Of a DNA stretch of 64,000 nt, positions 34,051-44,333 are shown one piece after another. Under the pieces are notes generated by a model that was given only the letters and a program-made list of their open reading frames with translations, had not been told where the DNA came from and did not search any database. The position numbers and the translations under genes are program-made. The first letter of the stretch is position 1; each line of letters begins with the position of its first letter. The DNA lies in NCBI GenBank assembly GCA_024400565.1, contig JAKSMQ010000005.1, positions 651 through 64,650 of the forward strand, written 5' to 3'. The DNA is from Bacteroidales bacterium (GTDB lineage: Bacteria > Bacteroidota > Bacteroidia > Bacteroidales > P3).

Positions 34051-34473
34051 ATGCAAGAAAAAACAAGAAAACTCATCACTTGGATTTGCATGGGCATCGC
34101 AGTTGTTGCTTCCGTATTCGCTGTTCTGTTTGCAATGGATCAGGAGAAATTTGCCGGAATGTACAACATGGCCTATGGCATCCTTCTCTTCTTCGTTGCC
34201 CTTGCTATCGTTGCTATTGTACTGTTCCTCCTTTTGAACATTCGTACTAGTAAGGGTTTATTCATTGGCCTTGGCGCTCTCGTTGTTGTAGGATTGGTAG
34301 CATTCCTGCTTTCCTCCGGCTCCGATGTTAATCCCGCCCTTTTGGCCAAAAACGGTTTAACCGAAGGCGCTTCTAAAATTATCGGTGCTGGTTGCTTCAC
34401 AGTGTATATTCTTTGCGCTCTTGCAGCCATCGCAATCGTTTACGTTGAAGTAGCTCGTTTCTTTAAAAAGTAA
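34051..34473 (+). CDS. hypothetical 4-TM membrane protein (between exbB and exbD)
   Basis: 140 aa with four hydrophobic helices, tightly packed in the exb cluster. Confidence 0.55.
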   Translation: MQEKTRKLITWICMGIAVVASVFAVLFAMDQEKFAGMYNMAYGILLFFVALAIVAIVLFLLLNIRTSKGLFIGLGALVVVGLVAFLLSSGSDVNPALLAKNGLTEGASKIIGAGCFTVYILCALAAIAIVYVEVARFFKK

Positions 34474-34479
34474 CAATTT

Positions 34480-35055
34480 ATGGCAAAGAGAAAAACTCCC
34501 GGTCTGAACACCAGTTCTATGGCAGATATCTCGTTCTTGCTGCTCACGTTCTTCCTTATGACGTCGAGTATCAATACAGATATGGGTATTGCTCGTAAGC
34601 TCCCTCCCCCTCTGCCTGAAAACTTTGAAAAGCCGGAAGTTCACGAAAGAAATATCTTTGTCGTCAAGGTCAACAGCAAGGATGGTCTTCTCTTCAACAA
34701 AGAGTATGGCGACATCCGCGACCTCAGGGCTCGTGCTAAGGAGTTCCTCAGCAACCCCAATGATGATCCCAATCTGCCCGAAAAGAATGAGATTGAGATT
34801 GACGGCTTAGGCAAGTACAGAGTTTCAAAGGGTGTTATCTCCCTCCAGAACGACCGTGGTACTTCCTACGATATGTATTTCCGTGTGCAAAACGAGTTGG
34901 CAGCAGCCATCAACGAAATGCGCGACGAACTTTCGACTGATAAGTTTCATAAGAAATACTCCGACTTGAATGAAAACCAGAAGACTGCTATCGAGAAGGC
35001 TATTCCTGTATCCATCTCTGAGGCAGAACCTAAAAATGTAGGAGGTAAGAAATAA
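34480..35055 (+). CDS. exbD: ExbD/TolR-family biopolymer transport protein
   Basis: N-terminus LNTSSMADISFLLLTFFLMTS, the conserved ExbD TM helix. Confidence 0.85.
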   Translation: MAKRKTPGLNTSSMADISFLLLTFFLMTSSINTDMGIARKLPPPLPENFEKPEVHERNIFVVKVNSKDGLLFNKEYGDIRDLRARAKEFLSNPNDDPNLPEKNEIEIDGLGKYRVSKGVISLQNDRGTSYDMYFRVQNELAAAINEMRDELSTDKFHKKYSDLNENQKTAIEKAIPVSISEAEPKNVGGKK

Positions 35056-35528
35056 TGGCACGTTTTACCGGTAAAAAAGCAAAGGAGACTCCCGGTCTCA
35101 ACATGGGTTCCATGTCCGACATTATCTTCATGCTCCTCTTCTTCTTCATGGTTATTACCACCATGCGCGAGAGTTCCCTTTTCGTACAGATTTCTGCACC
35201 TAAAGGTACCGAGGTCGTGAAGCTTGAAAAGAAGAGCCTTGTTAGTTACATTAACATTGGTATTCCTATGAAGGATTATCAGGCTAAGTACGGCAAGGAG
35301 CCTCGTATCCAGCTCAATGATGCTATCGCCGATGTTGCTGATATTTCTCGTTTCGTAGAGACCGAACGTTCTGCTCGTCAAGAGGCAGACCGTCCCTTCC
35401 TCACTATGGCTATCAAAGCCGATAAGACCGCTACTATGGGTCTTGTGAGCGATATCAAGCAGGAACTTCGTAAGGCTGGTTCATTCAAGATTTTCTACAA
35501 TGCTAGTAAAGGTTCTGCTATTGATTAA
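35055..35528 (+). CDS. exbD: ExbD/TolR-family biopolymer transport protein (second copy)
   Basis: LNMGSMSDIIFMLLFFFMVITT. The start overlaps the previous stop (TAATG). Confidence 0.85.
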   Translation: MARFTGKKAKETPGLNMGSMSDIIFMLLFFFMVITTMRESSLFVQISAPKGTEVVKLEKKSLVSYINIGIPMKDYQAKYGKEPRIQLNDAIADVADISRFVETERSARQEADRPFLTMAIKADKTATMGLVSDIKQELRKAGSFKIFYNASKGSAID

Positions 35529-35552
35529 TAGCTAACCTCACTTTCTAACTCC

Positions 35553-35590
35553 AGGCGGCAATCTTCACAGATTGTCGCCTTTTTCTTTTA
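35553..35590 (+). terminator. rho-independent terminator after the exb cluster
   Basis: AGGCGGCAATCT (35553-35564) pairs with AGATTGTCGCCT (35569-35580), with one G-U pair. TTTTCTTTT follows. Confidence 0.7.
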
Positions 35591-35864
35591 TATAATGAAT
35601 GATAGGTGTGGATGGACGTGCCCATATATAAGAGACGAAGTAATCAATTTCGTTGGATGGAATTGTATGATGTGTTATTTATTTGTATTTATTTTTGCAC
35701 TTTCATTAAATGGACTTTGTATATATAGTATATAGTTAAGGAAAAGCAGGTTGTTGATACTCTTTTCTGATTCGATAGTAAGTCGACAACCATATTGTTA
35801 TAATGATAAATTGTTTTCATTAAAACACTTATTTTTGAATAATACGAGAATCTAGTATATAGGC

Positions 35865-36389
35865 ATGGGGCATAGATGTGAACAGAATGATTTAAAAATC
35901 AGGTTTTCTAATCTGGTAGAGCGGCAAAGCGATAGGCTTGAAGCAGTATGCCGTCAGTTCTTTCCTTGGGATGAGTATCATCAGAGAGAACTGATTCAAT
36001 ATATTTTGTTGCGTTTATGGGATTATATGCAAGAACATTCTAACGAAGATGAGCAACAGTGGGAGCAATGGTGTCCTAATATCGCGAGACAAGTAGCTTG
36101 TAATTATTTGAAGACGCATGAGTACAACCAAGGAATTCGTATGGTTTTGCTTGATGATAACCTAAAAGGGATACTTTCAGATATCGACGATGGTTCTGCT
36201 GAAGAACTTGAGCGCACTCAAAAAATCTTGCAGAAACTGAGTGCAGACGATTATCTTCTTGTTCAACTCTATACATCAGGTATTCCACATACACAAATTG
36301 CAAAAGAAATAGGAATTAGCTTGCGAAAGTTGCAATATAGGATTCGTAATGTTAAACAACAACTCAAGAAATTATCAGTTGAACAATAA
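35865..36389 (+). CDS. divergent ECF-type RNA polymerase sigma factor
   Basis: Region-4 helix-turn-helix YTSGIPHTQIAKEIGISLRKLQYRIRNVKQQLKKL and a region-2-like LIQYILLRLWDY. AT-rich gene. The start codon is uncertain. Confidence 0.6.
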   Translation: MGHRCEQNDLKIRFSNLVERQSDRLEAVCRQFFPWDEYHQRELIQYILLRLWDYMQEHSNEDEQQWEQWCPNIARQVACNYLKTHEYNQGIRMVLLDDNLKGILSDIDDGSAEELERTQKILQKLSADDYLLVQLYTSGIPHTQIAKEIGISLRKLQYRIRNVKQQLKKLSVEQ

Positions 36390-36403
36390 CCAAATGTATA
36401 AAA

Positions 36404-37027
36404 ATGAACAGCGAGAAAAAAGCAATAACGTTGCGCGGTATTAAACGCTTGTGGAAACATACAGGTCGCCCTATAGAGGTGCCGCTAATTACAAAAGAGT
36501 TGATAAATCAGATAACCTCTCAATCACGTCAATCCAATGAAGAGATTGTAAAGATAGATTTTCAATTCAGTAATAATGTTATCAAGCATAGTCACCATAA
36601 GTGGTTATCCGTGGCTGCTTGTGTGACAGTACTTATTTCCATAGGTATTCTTTGGACGACTTTTCATATGAGTACACAATTTAGCCAACAAGACAGAGAT
36701 TCAATGGATTTGAGTGTTAATCAATATGTTACTGCTAAAAAAATGCAAGAAGAAGGCTTAATTGTAGCCAAGATAGAACATCCATCGTCAGGGAAATCCT
36801 CCTCTCATGTAATAAATCGACAGTCAAATAACATAAAGAAAACAGAAAATTCCTTTGTATCAGATTCGATTAGAAATGAGTGGTGGTCAGATATAGAACT
36901 ATCTCCGGATATTTCGGAACACGGAAATAGTGGGATGATTTGCTATAGTGGCGGCTCGCTTTCAAGTACCTGCGATGAAGAAATGGTTACTTCTATGCTC
37001 TTGACATTTATAAAGATTGATTTCTAG
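36404..37027 (+). CDS. putative anti-sigma factor (single-pass membrane protein)
   Basis: Starts 14 nt after the sigma gene. One TM (WLSVAACVTVLISIGILWTTF) separates a short cytoplasmic N-terminus from an extracytoplasmic domain. Confidence 0.45.
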   Translation: MNSEKKAITLRGIKRLWKHTGRPIEVPLITKELINQITSQSRQSNEEIVKIDFQFSNNVIKHSHHKWLSVAACVTVLISIGILWTTFHMSTQFSQQDRDSMDLSVNQYVTAKKMQEEGLIVAKIEHPSSGKSSSHVINRQSNNIKKTENSFVSDSIRNEWWSDIELSPDISEHGNSGMICYSGGSLSSTCDEEMVTSMLLTFIKIDF

Positions 37028-37085
37028 TAATTTTGGTATTGAATCTCTTATGAATTAATCTCTTCAATCAAAGGTCTATCATATT

Positions 37086-37592
37086 ATGAAAAATTGTCGA
37101 ATTACATTATTATTGTTGTTTCTGATAACACCATTTTTGTCAATAGCGCAGGAAGAATTAGCCAAATATCTAGGCTCTCATAAAGAATGGAATGTTGCTT
37201 ATGTTAAGGATTTGCGTGTAGATTCTACACTCATAACTAATGCCATTCTTATCCAGGCTTATAGTGATGAAGAATGGGCAGTATTGCTAGATACACTAGG
37301 TGTGAATGGAGAAGGGCTTCGTATGGGTGGTAACTCTGAGAATATTCTGTTTTGGTTTGCTGATACCGCCTCATGCGAACAAGGCATCATTAGAAATGAA
37401 TTGCGTGTTTCCTATATGGGATTTGGCCGAACTGCAGACCGAACAATTGCTATCTACTTCCCACATACGACTGTAGACCTCAGTCGTATCTTTGCTCTCT
37501 ATCTGACAAAAAGTCAGCATGAATTGCGTCTTTTTTCTCAGAAATGTCGCATTCAGCATGTCTCCATAAAGAAAGCAAATGATATCAAATAG
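37086..37592 (+). CDS. hypothetical secreted protein
   Basis: Signal peptide MKNCRITLLLLFLITPFLSIAQE. No family recognised. Confidence 0.45.
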   Translation: MKNCRITLLLLFLITPFLSIAQEELAKYLGSHKEWNVAYVKDLRVDSTLITNAILIQAYSDEEWAVLLDTLGVNGEGLRMGGNSENILFWFADTASCEQGIIRNELRVSYMGFGRTADRTIAIYFPHTTVDLSRIFALYLTKSQHELRLFSQKCRIQHVSIKKANDIK

Positions 37593-37622
37593 TTTTTTAC
37601 AAACCCAATAATACTTTACATA

Positions 37623-39836
37623 ATGAAACGGCTCATCATCATTCTGATTATTTCGTTATCGTTTACTCTCTATGCCCAACAAGATAGTGTCAGTATCCAA
37701 AATGACAGCATATTGCGAGAGATTTCTACCCTTAAAGCAATCCAGATCAAAGCACCGAGACCCATCTATAGTATGGATGCAGGTGTGGTGAACTATAATG
37801 TGGCCAATGATGAGACCATAAAGGGAGGTAATGCTCTAGATGCCTTGCGTAATGCTCCTAGTGTGGAAGTTGATGTAGAAGGGAATGTACTTTTGAGAGG
37901 GTCTTCAAAAGTTCAGATTTGGCTCAATGGCTATCCTACCTATATGAACGGACAAAGCTTGCAAATATACCTCACCTCACTATCGGCAGAAGTGATAGAT
38001 CATATCGAGGTCATCAAGAATCCATCTGCAGAATATATGGTAGCAGACGGAACGGCCATTATCAATATTGTGATGAGAGCTAAGTTACGTCGCAACCAGT
38101 TTCTTGCTCTCGGGTTGAGTGGTAATAACAGACCCTATGCCAGTCCTTGGACTTCCTATGTTTATGATGGAGATAAATTGGATTTTAACGTCTATCTTGC
38201 TCCTAGTATTTCTCACCATAATACCGCAAGTCAAGGTACCTCCTTTTCGTTCAAAGATAGTTCTAATGGAGGTTTTGATACCATTCAGAGTCAAAGTTGG
38301 AATACCACAGATACTAGTCGAGACTACTTTTCGATGCTCAATTTAGGACTAACCTATATGATTGACTCAATGAATGATCTTACCTTTAACTCGTTCTCAC
38401 TCTTTCAAGGATTTATTTCACATTCATCTGACGACCGCTATCGTGCAGATTATATGCCTGCATTCCAGTCGTTACACTATGTCACATGCATAGATAATAA
38501 CAGTATTAGTGCCAATGGATTCTCCACGCTGACCTATCGTCACAAATTTGATAACTCAGGGCATAATCTTTCGTTTGTTGTAAATGCCAATTGGTGGTAT
38601 TCCTCCTATAATACTAAGACTATTAGATTGTTCGAGGACTTTTGTCCAAATGAACTACTGATGTCGAAATCACGAAAGTATACTATAGATCCCAGTTTCT
38701 CCTTACGTTACCGCAAACCTATCGGAGAACGCGATTATATCACTTTTGGCGCTGGTTTCTCCCCAAACAGATTCAAAGACCTTTCAATAAATCATTATTT
38801 TGATTCATCTTCCATGTCCTATTCACAGAGCGATATGTTGCGAAATCGAGTTGTCTGTACTCGTGATAGAGAAGAATACTTGTCCCTCAACTGGCGTCAC
38901 CAGACAAAAGTCTTCTCTACCACGCTAGGCATAATGGCAGAATCACATCAGATAGCCTATTCTGTCCAGTCTGTCATTCCAGATAGTCTGTTACTCACCT
39001 ATATTGCATTACGTCCCACTTTCAACTTTACTTATCATACTAAGAGTATGCATTACTTTTCTGTCAACTACACCCTTTCTTCGTCTCATCCGTCTCCTAC
39101 ACAATTGTCTCAGTCTCCTGTCTACCAATACGACAGTTATAGTATTGGAAATCCTATGCTAAAGCCGTATCTCAGTCACAAGGCTGATGTCAGTTGGAAC
39201 AAATATTTCAAATCAGGTAGTTCTGTCAGCGTTGAGGCCTATGGAGAGTGGAAAGACAACGCTATTGAGTCTATACAAGAATCTACCTCATCGCCAGATC
39301 CTTATCTTGACAGAATTATTTCCTACTCAACATACTACAATATCGGAAGAAATTACAAATACGGAATGGAGAGCAATATTACCTATCGTATAAATGCCTT
39401 TCTGCGATTTGGCGTCTATGCGAATCTCTACTATTCTGCCTATCAGATAAATCATCCTAAGATAGGCCTCTATGGAGATAGCGCGCTTACTTACGACCTG
39501 CGTCTCAATTGTAGCGCCAAACTATTCAAAAAGATAAACATAAATCTGTCGGGCGACTACACTTCTCCAACCATTAATCCCTTTGCAGAAAAACGAACCA
39601 GTTATACCGTTGACCTTAGTGCTACGGCAGATTTCTTCGACAATCGTCTTTCTGTCCGTTTCAGTATAAGTGACCTCTTTAATTGGCATAAGACGAACAT
39701 AATCAATACTAATCCTTATTATATGACTACAGAGTCTACCCATAGGGACAGCCGCTTTATTACATTGGGAGTAACCTATCGCATAGGCAAGATGAACCTT
39801 CAATACCGCACTCAGTCAGGTGCTGGTATGCAGTAA
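37623..39836 (+). CDS. TonB-dependent-receptor-like outer-membrane beta-barrel protein
   Basis: Signal peptide, a plug-like segment (GGNALDALRNAPSVEVDVEGNVLLRGSSKVQIWLNGYP) and a long beta-strand-rich C-terminus. Confidence 0.7.
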   Translation: MKRLIIILIISLSFTLYAQQDSVSIQNDSILREISTLKAIQIKAPRPIYSMDAGVVNYNVANDETIKGGNALDALRNAPSVEVDVEGNVLLRGSSKVQIWLNGYPTYMNGQSLQIYLTSLSAEVIDHIEVIKNPSAEYMVADGTAIINIVMRAKLRRNQFLALGLSGNNRPYASPWTSYVYDGDKLDFNVYLAPSISHHNTASQGTSFSFKDSSNGGFDTIQSQSWNTTDTSRDYFSMLNLGLTYMIDSMNDLTFNSFSLFQGFISHSSDDRYRADYMPAFQSLHYVTCIDNNSISANGFSTLTYRHKFDNSGHNLSFVVNANWWYSSYNTKTIRLFEDFCPNELLMSKSRKYTIDPSFSLRYRKPIGERDYITFGAGFSPNRFKDLSINHYFDSSSMSYSQSDMLRNRVVCTRDREEYLSLNWRHQTKVFSTTLGIMAESHQIAYSVQSVIPDSLLLTYIALRPTFNFTYHTKSMHYFSVNYTLSSSHPSPTQLSQSPVYQYDSYSIGNPMLKPYLSHKADVSWNKYFKSGSSVSVEAYGEWKDNAIESIQESTSSPDPYLDRIISYSTYYNIGRNYKYGMESNITYRINAFLRFGVYANLYYSAYQINHPKIGLYGDSALTYDLRLNCSAKLFKKININLSGDYTSPTINPFAEKRTSYTVDLSATADFFDNRLSVRFSISDLFNWHKTNIINTNPYYMTTESTHRDSRFITLGVTYRIGKMNLQYRTQSGAGMQ

Positions 39837-40074
39837 TTTACCATACTCCTTTTGCAGACAGGAGAAATCCTTTATCTATCTATGCAAGGATAAAGGAATT
39901 TATGGGTAACGCATCTATTGTGAAAGGCAGAATGAGACAATAGATGCGATACCTGTTTATAGGCAAGTAGCGAAATCAATCCTTGGTTTCTTTACTCATA
40001 TTGAGATTTGAAGGGAGAAACAGATTTTGTTCTTCAATATTTCATTATTATATCCCTGTTTTGATTTTTTTTTA

Positions 40075-40082
40075 TATATTTG
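40075..40082 (+). promoter_or_regulatory. candidate -7 box (TATATTTG) for the nucleoid-associated protein gene
   Basis: TAnnTTTG match about 118 nt upstream of the GTG start at 40200. Confidence 0.4.
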
Positions 40083-40199
40083 CAATATTGTACTCTAGCC
40101 CGTACTTGGTCGTTGGGGTCTCCTTATTACGCAGTTACAAGGAGTTTCGCAACTATATCTTGGAATGATTTTTGATAATTAATATAATATTTTCGTCAA

Positions 40200-41282
40200 G
40201 TGCCCGTATTTGAATCTGAATCCATACAACATGTTGCCTTGCATAGAGTAGGAAACAAGGCCACGGATGAAGGTTTTATTCTTTCAAAACACACTCTTCA
40301 TCTTACCGACCAGCTGCAGGACTTGCTGGTACGATATTTTATTTCTCCATTCAAAGTAGAGGAGTATTATCATCTGATTGGAGATGAGGGCTCTATCGAG
40401 AGTAATAAGGTCTTTGACAGTTGTCATAGCATCTTTGCCGATTCGGATTGTTTTCTCGAAGAAAGCCGCAGGCTGGCCAGTCATCTTTACGATCAGAGTA
40501 CTCATGCCAATATCAAAGGCGGAGATTTCTTTGTAGTCTATTTCTCTCGTTGTGTATTGGATGGCGAAGAGATGTCAGCAATAGGTCTTTTCAAGAGCGA
40601 GAACAAAGAGTCTTTTTTAAAGGTGCTTCATGGCGACGAGGAGTGGAGTCGTCAGGAGGGAGAGAATAATGCAGAGAGTGACTACCATCTTGAGGTACAC
40701 CAAGGTATCAATATCAACAAACTGGATAAGGGTGCACTTATTTTCAATACAGAAGAGGAAAACGGCTATGTGGTGAGTGTGGTAGATGCTACCAACAGGA
40801 CGATGGATGCTCTGTATTGGAAGGATAGCTTTCTGCATATAGAGCAACGCCAGGACGACTATTATCAGACTCATCAGGTAATGAAGGTGTATAAGGATTT
40901 TGTGACCAAACGTTTCCCGGATGAATTTGACGATGTGACAAAAGCCGATCAAGCAGAATTGCTGAACAAGAGTGCTTCGTTCTTCAAACAGAACGAAAGC
41001 TTTGATATGGAAGACTTCACCCGCGACGTTCTTGAACAGCCTGCCGTAATTGACAGTTTTCAGCAGTTCCGTAACGACTATGAGAAAGAACACGATGTGA
41101 AGATTGAAGATCAGTTTGATATCAACGATAGTGCTGTAAAGAAACAGGCGCGAGCATACAAGAGTGTTATCAAACTAGACAAGAATTTCCATATCTATGT
41201 GCACGGAGACAGCAAGATGATAGAGCAGGGAGAAGATGAGAAAGGAAAGTTCTATAAGGTGTACTACAAAGAAGAGTCCTAA
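40200..41282 (+). CDS. nucleoid-associated protein (NdpA/YejK-like family)
   Basis: The N-terminus IQHVALHRVGNKATDEGFILS is characteristic of the family. About 360 aa. GTG start; there is no in-frame ATG nearby. Confidence 0.65.
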   Translation: MPVFESESIQHVALHRVGNKATDEGFILSKHTLHLTDQLQDLLVRYFISPFKVEEYYHLIGDEGSIESNKVFDSCHSIFADSDCFLEESRRLASHLYDQSTHANIKGGDFFVVYFSRCVLDGEEMSAIGLFKSENKESFLKVLHGDEEWSRQEGENNAESDYHLEVHQGININKLDKGALIFNTEEENGYVVSVVDATNRTMDALYWKDSFLHIEQRQDDYYQTHQVMKVYKDFVTKRFPDEFDDVTKADQAELLNKSASFFKQNESFDMEDFTRDVLEQPAVIDSFQQFRNDYEKEHDVKIEDQFDINDSAVKKQARAYKSVIKLDKNFHIYVHGDSKMIEQGEDEKGKFYKVYYKEES

Positions 41283-41316
41283 GGTAAAGTTCAATAACCG
41301 ATAATTATCAGCTACA

Positions 41317-41775
41317 ATGAAGAATATATTTATCATTATGACCGCACTTATGATAGCTATGTGCGGATGCAAGAGTCACAAAAACCAGGCATCAAATAAT
41401 ACCATGCAACCTAAATTTGAAGAGAATGTCGAGTGGCAACTGGTCACCATTAGGGGAAAGCGTGTAGAATACAAAGAAGACCAGAGACATGTAACCATTA
41501 GCTTTAACCCTGAGGCCAACAACGTAAGTGGTTGCAGCGGATGCAACCGTTATTTTGGTACCTATGAGGCTAATATTTCAAAAGGACTGCTCTCTCTCGG
41601 AGAGATGAATAGTACCAAGATGGCCTGCCCTGAACCTTTCATGAAACTGGAACGTCAGTATCTCAGCGCCTTGCAGAAGGTGGATCGCTATGATATGGGC
41701 GAATACGAACTGAAACTGTATCAGGGTGCAACAGAAGTACTAGGCTTTGAAAAGGTTCAGAAAGAAGCCGAATAG
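41317..41775 (+). CDS. META-domain (HslJ-like) lipoprotein
   Basis: Lipoprotein signal ...LMIAMCGCKS, plus WQLVTIRGK, GCNRYFGTYE and TKMACPEPFMKLERQYLSAL. Confidence 0.8.
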   Translation: MKNIFIIMTALMIAMCGCKSHKNQASNNTMQPKFEENVEWQLVTIRGKRVEYKEDQRHVTISFNPEANNVSGCSGCNRYFGTYEANISKGLLSLGEMNSTKMACPEPFMKLERQYLSALQKVDRYDMGEYELKLYQGATEVLGFEKVQKEAE

Positions 41776-41789
41776 ATAAAACCGAATCT

Positions 41790-44324
41790 ATGGAGAGAAA
41801 GACCCTCTTTGTCGAAGTCCTGTTACCACTTCATCTGCCCGATACCTACACCTATCGAGTACCATTCGAGTACAATGACAGCATAGCTGTAGGACAAAGG
41901 GTAGTTGTTCAGTTCGGCAATAAGAGGCTTTACTCCGCTTTGATACGACGCATTACTGAAGAAGTACCGAAGTATCAGACTAAATACATACTGGGAGTAT
42001 TGGATGCTACACTCTCAGGACAGCCACTTCCTATTGTAAATGAGCGTCAGTTTGCCTTTTGGGAATGGATGTCGCGTTACTATATGTGTTATCCTGGCGA
42101 TGTGATGGCCGTAGCTGTTCCTGCGGCATTCAAGCTGACCAGCGAGTCTTATATAGTAATACATCCCGATTTTGACGGAGACTATACCAATCTGAATGAA
42201 TATGAGATGCGGGTTGTAGAGGCTTTGATGAACAGAACAACTCCCACCAAAGTAGGTGTGCTTAGTGTTGGGGAAGTGTCGGAGATTACCGGCTTTCAGA
42301 AGATAATGCCTCTAATCAAGACCATGATAGAGAAGCAGGTCGTCCTGATGGAAGAGGAGTTGAAGCAACGCTTTACACCCAAGGCTACAGCCCATCTGTC
42401 GCTCAATCCTGTCTATCAGGATGAGCAGGCTATGCGCGAACTGTTCGACCAGTTGGAGAAGAAGTCTACCACCCACAAACAACTGTCCGTTCTAATGAAA
42501 TTCATGCAGTTGAGTCAGTTTGGAAAAGAAAGTATCAAGAAGAAAGAACTTACTGGCTGTCAGGAGTTGTCGGCATCGGCGATAGCAACGCTCATAAAAA
42601 ACGAAGTTCTCCTTCAGGACAATAGAGTTGAAAGCCGGTTGAAGGATTTTGAAGCCGAAACGAGCGTAGATACTATCCAACTCAACGAGGAGCAGCAGGC
42701 GGCTTTTGACTTGCTGGCTCGTGGTCTCAAAGATCCGGAACTCAAAAAACAGATTCCGGCAACATCACTTCTGTATGGCGTAACCTCATCAGGTAAGACA
42801 GAGGTCTATATCAAACTTATAGACCTTGTTCTCCGTCAGGGTAAACAGGTATTGTTTCTATTGCCAGAGATAGCCCTAACGGCACAGATAATCAACCGTC
42901 TCAGAAAATATTTCGGCAAAAGGGTTGGAGTGTATCATAGCCGTTTCAACGCTAACGAACGAGCCGAGGTGTGGAACAAGACAATGGATCCTGGTCCCGA
43001 TGGATACACACTCCTGCTAGGGGCTCGCAGTTCGGTATTTCTGCCATTCCATAATTTGGGACTGGTCATTGTAGATGAAGAACATGATTCTTCCTACAAG
43101 CAGCAAGACCCGACTCCCCGATACAATGGTCGTGATTCGGCCATCTATCTGGCCTATATGTGGGGTGCTCAAACTATTCTGGGTTCTGCAACACCCTCTA
43201 TAGAGTCCTATTACAATGCTTTGCAGGGCAAGTATGCTCTTGCAACTATGACCAAGCGTTATGGAGGTCAGCAGTTGCCCGAGGTAATGTGTGCAGATAT
43301 GAAAGAGGCCTCCCGCAACAAGGAGATTATGGCAGATCATTTCTCCAAGTTCCTTGTTGACCATATCAAGGAGGCTCTGAAGGAGAAAGAACAGATTATC
43401 CTGTTTCAGAACAGACGAGGATTCTCGTTACGGTTAGAGTGTGATGCGTGCCATTGGATACCTCAATGTCAGAATTGTGATGTCTCTCTGGTTTATCACA
43501 AGGCAACCAACAGTCTGCGTTGCCATTATTGTGGCTATTCTATCCAGGTCCCAACAGAATGTCCCCAATGCCATAGTACACATCTCAAGATGAAAGGATT
43601 TGGTACAGAACGTATCGAGGACGACCTTTCTATTATATTCCCCAATGCCAGGATAGCCCGAATGGATCTTGACAGCACTATGCAGAAGCAGAGGTATCTG
43701 GAGATACTCAACGAATTTGAAGATCACAACATAGATATCCTGGTGGGTACGCAGATGGTGACCAAGGGATTGGATTTTGATAATGTGAGTGTTGTAGGCA
43801 TATTGAGTGCAGATAACCTGATTTCATATCCCGATTTCAGAGCCTATGAGCGTGCATTCCAGCAGATGACCCAGGTGAGTGGCCGAGCCGGGCGTCACGG
43901 AAAGAGAGGAAAGGTAATCATCCAGTCCTATAATCCTTGGCATCAGGCCATCCGCGACAGTATGGAGAATGACTATGAGAATATGTACAAGAGTCAGATT
44001 CAGGAACGTCGCATCTTCCGTTATCCTCCATATTTCAAACTGATAGATATCACCCTGCGTCATAAAGACCAGCAGGTACTCAATCAGGCTGCCGCCTATT
44101 ATGCCCAATTGTTGCGTAATGATTTTGGAGAGAGAGTGATGGGACCGGAGTTCCCCAATGTGAGTCGTGTGCGCGGGTTGTATATTAAGAAGATTATCGT
44201 CAGGTTCAATCGTACAGAACCTATCCAGCAGGGTAAAGAGATGATACTGAATCATGCAGATACGCTCCTCAACCAGAAAGCCTACGCAAGGGTAATGATA
44301 GGATTTGATGTTGACCCTCAATAG
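41790..44324 (+). CDS. priA: primosomal replication-restart helicase PriA
   Basis: Walker A GVTSSGKTEVY, DEEH box VIVDEEHD, and zinc-binding cysteines CDACHWIPQCQNCDVSLVYH...LRCHYCGY...CPQCHS. Confidence 0.92.
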   Translation: MERKTLFVEVLLPLHLPDTYTYRVPFEYNDSIAVGQRVVVQFGNKRLYSALIRRITEEVPKYQTKYILGVLDATLSGQPLPIVNERQFAFWEWMSRYYMCYPGDVMAVAVPAAFKLTSESYIVIHPDFDGDYTNLNEYEMRVVEALMNRTTPTKVGVLSVGEVSEITGFQKIMPLIKTMIEKQVVLMEEELKQRFTPKATAHLSLNPVYQDEQAMRELFDQLEKKSTTHKQLSVLMKFMQLSQFGKESIKKKELTGCQELSASAIATLIKNEVLLQDNRVESRLKDFEAETSVDTIQLNEEQQAAFDLLARGLKDPELKKQIPATSLLYGVTSSGKTEVYIKLIDLVLRQGKQVLFLLPEIALTAQIINRLRKYFGKRVGVYHSRFNANERAEVWNKTMDPGPDGYTLLLGARSSVFLPFHNLGLVIVDEEHDSSYKQQDPTPRYNGRDSAIYLAYMWGAQTILGSATPSIESYYNALQGKYALATMTKRYGGQQLPEVMCADMKEASRNKEIMADHFSKFLVDHIKEALKEKEQIILFQNRRGFSLRLECDACHWIPQCQNCDVSLVYHKATNSLRCHYCGYSIQVPTECPQCHSTHLKMKGFGTERIEDDLSIIFPNARIARMDLDSTMQKQRYLEILNEFEDHNIDILVGTQMVTKGLDFDNVSVVGILSADNLISYPDFRAYERAFQQMTQVSGRAGRHGKRGKVIIQSYNPWHQAIRDSMENDYENMYKSQIQERRIFRYPPYFKLIDITLRHKDQQVLNQAAAYYAQLLRNDFGERVMGPEFPNVSRVRGLYIKKIIVRFNRTEPIQQGKEMILNHADTLLNQKAYARVMIGFDVDPQ

Positions 44325-44333
44325 TCTGCCAAT

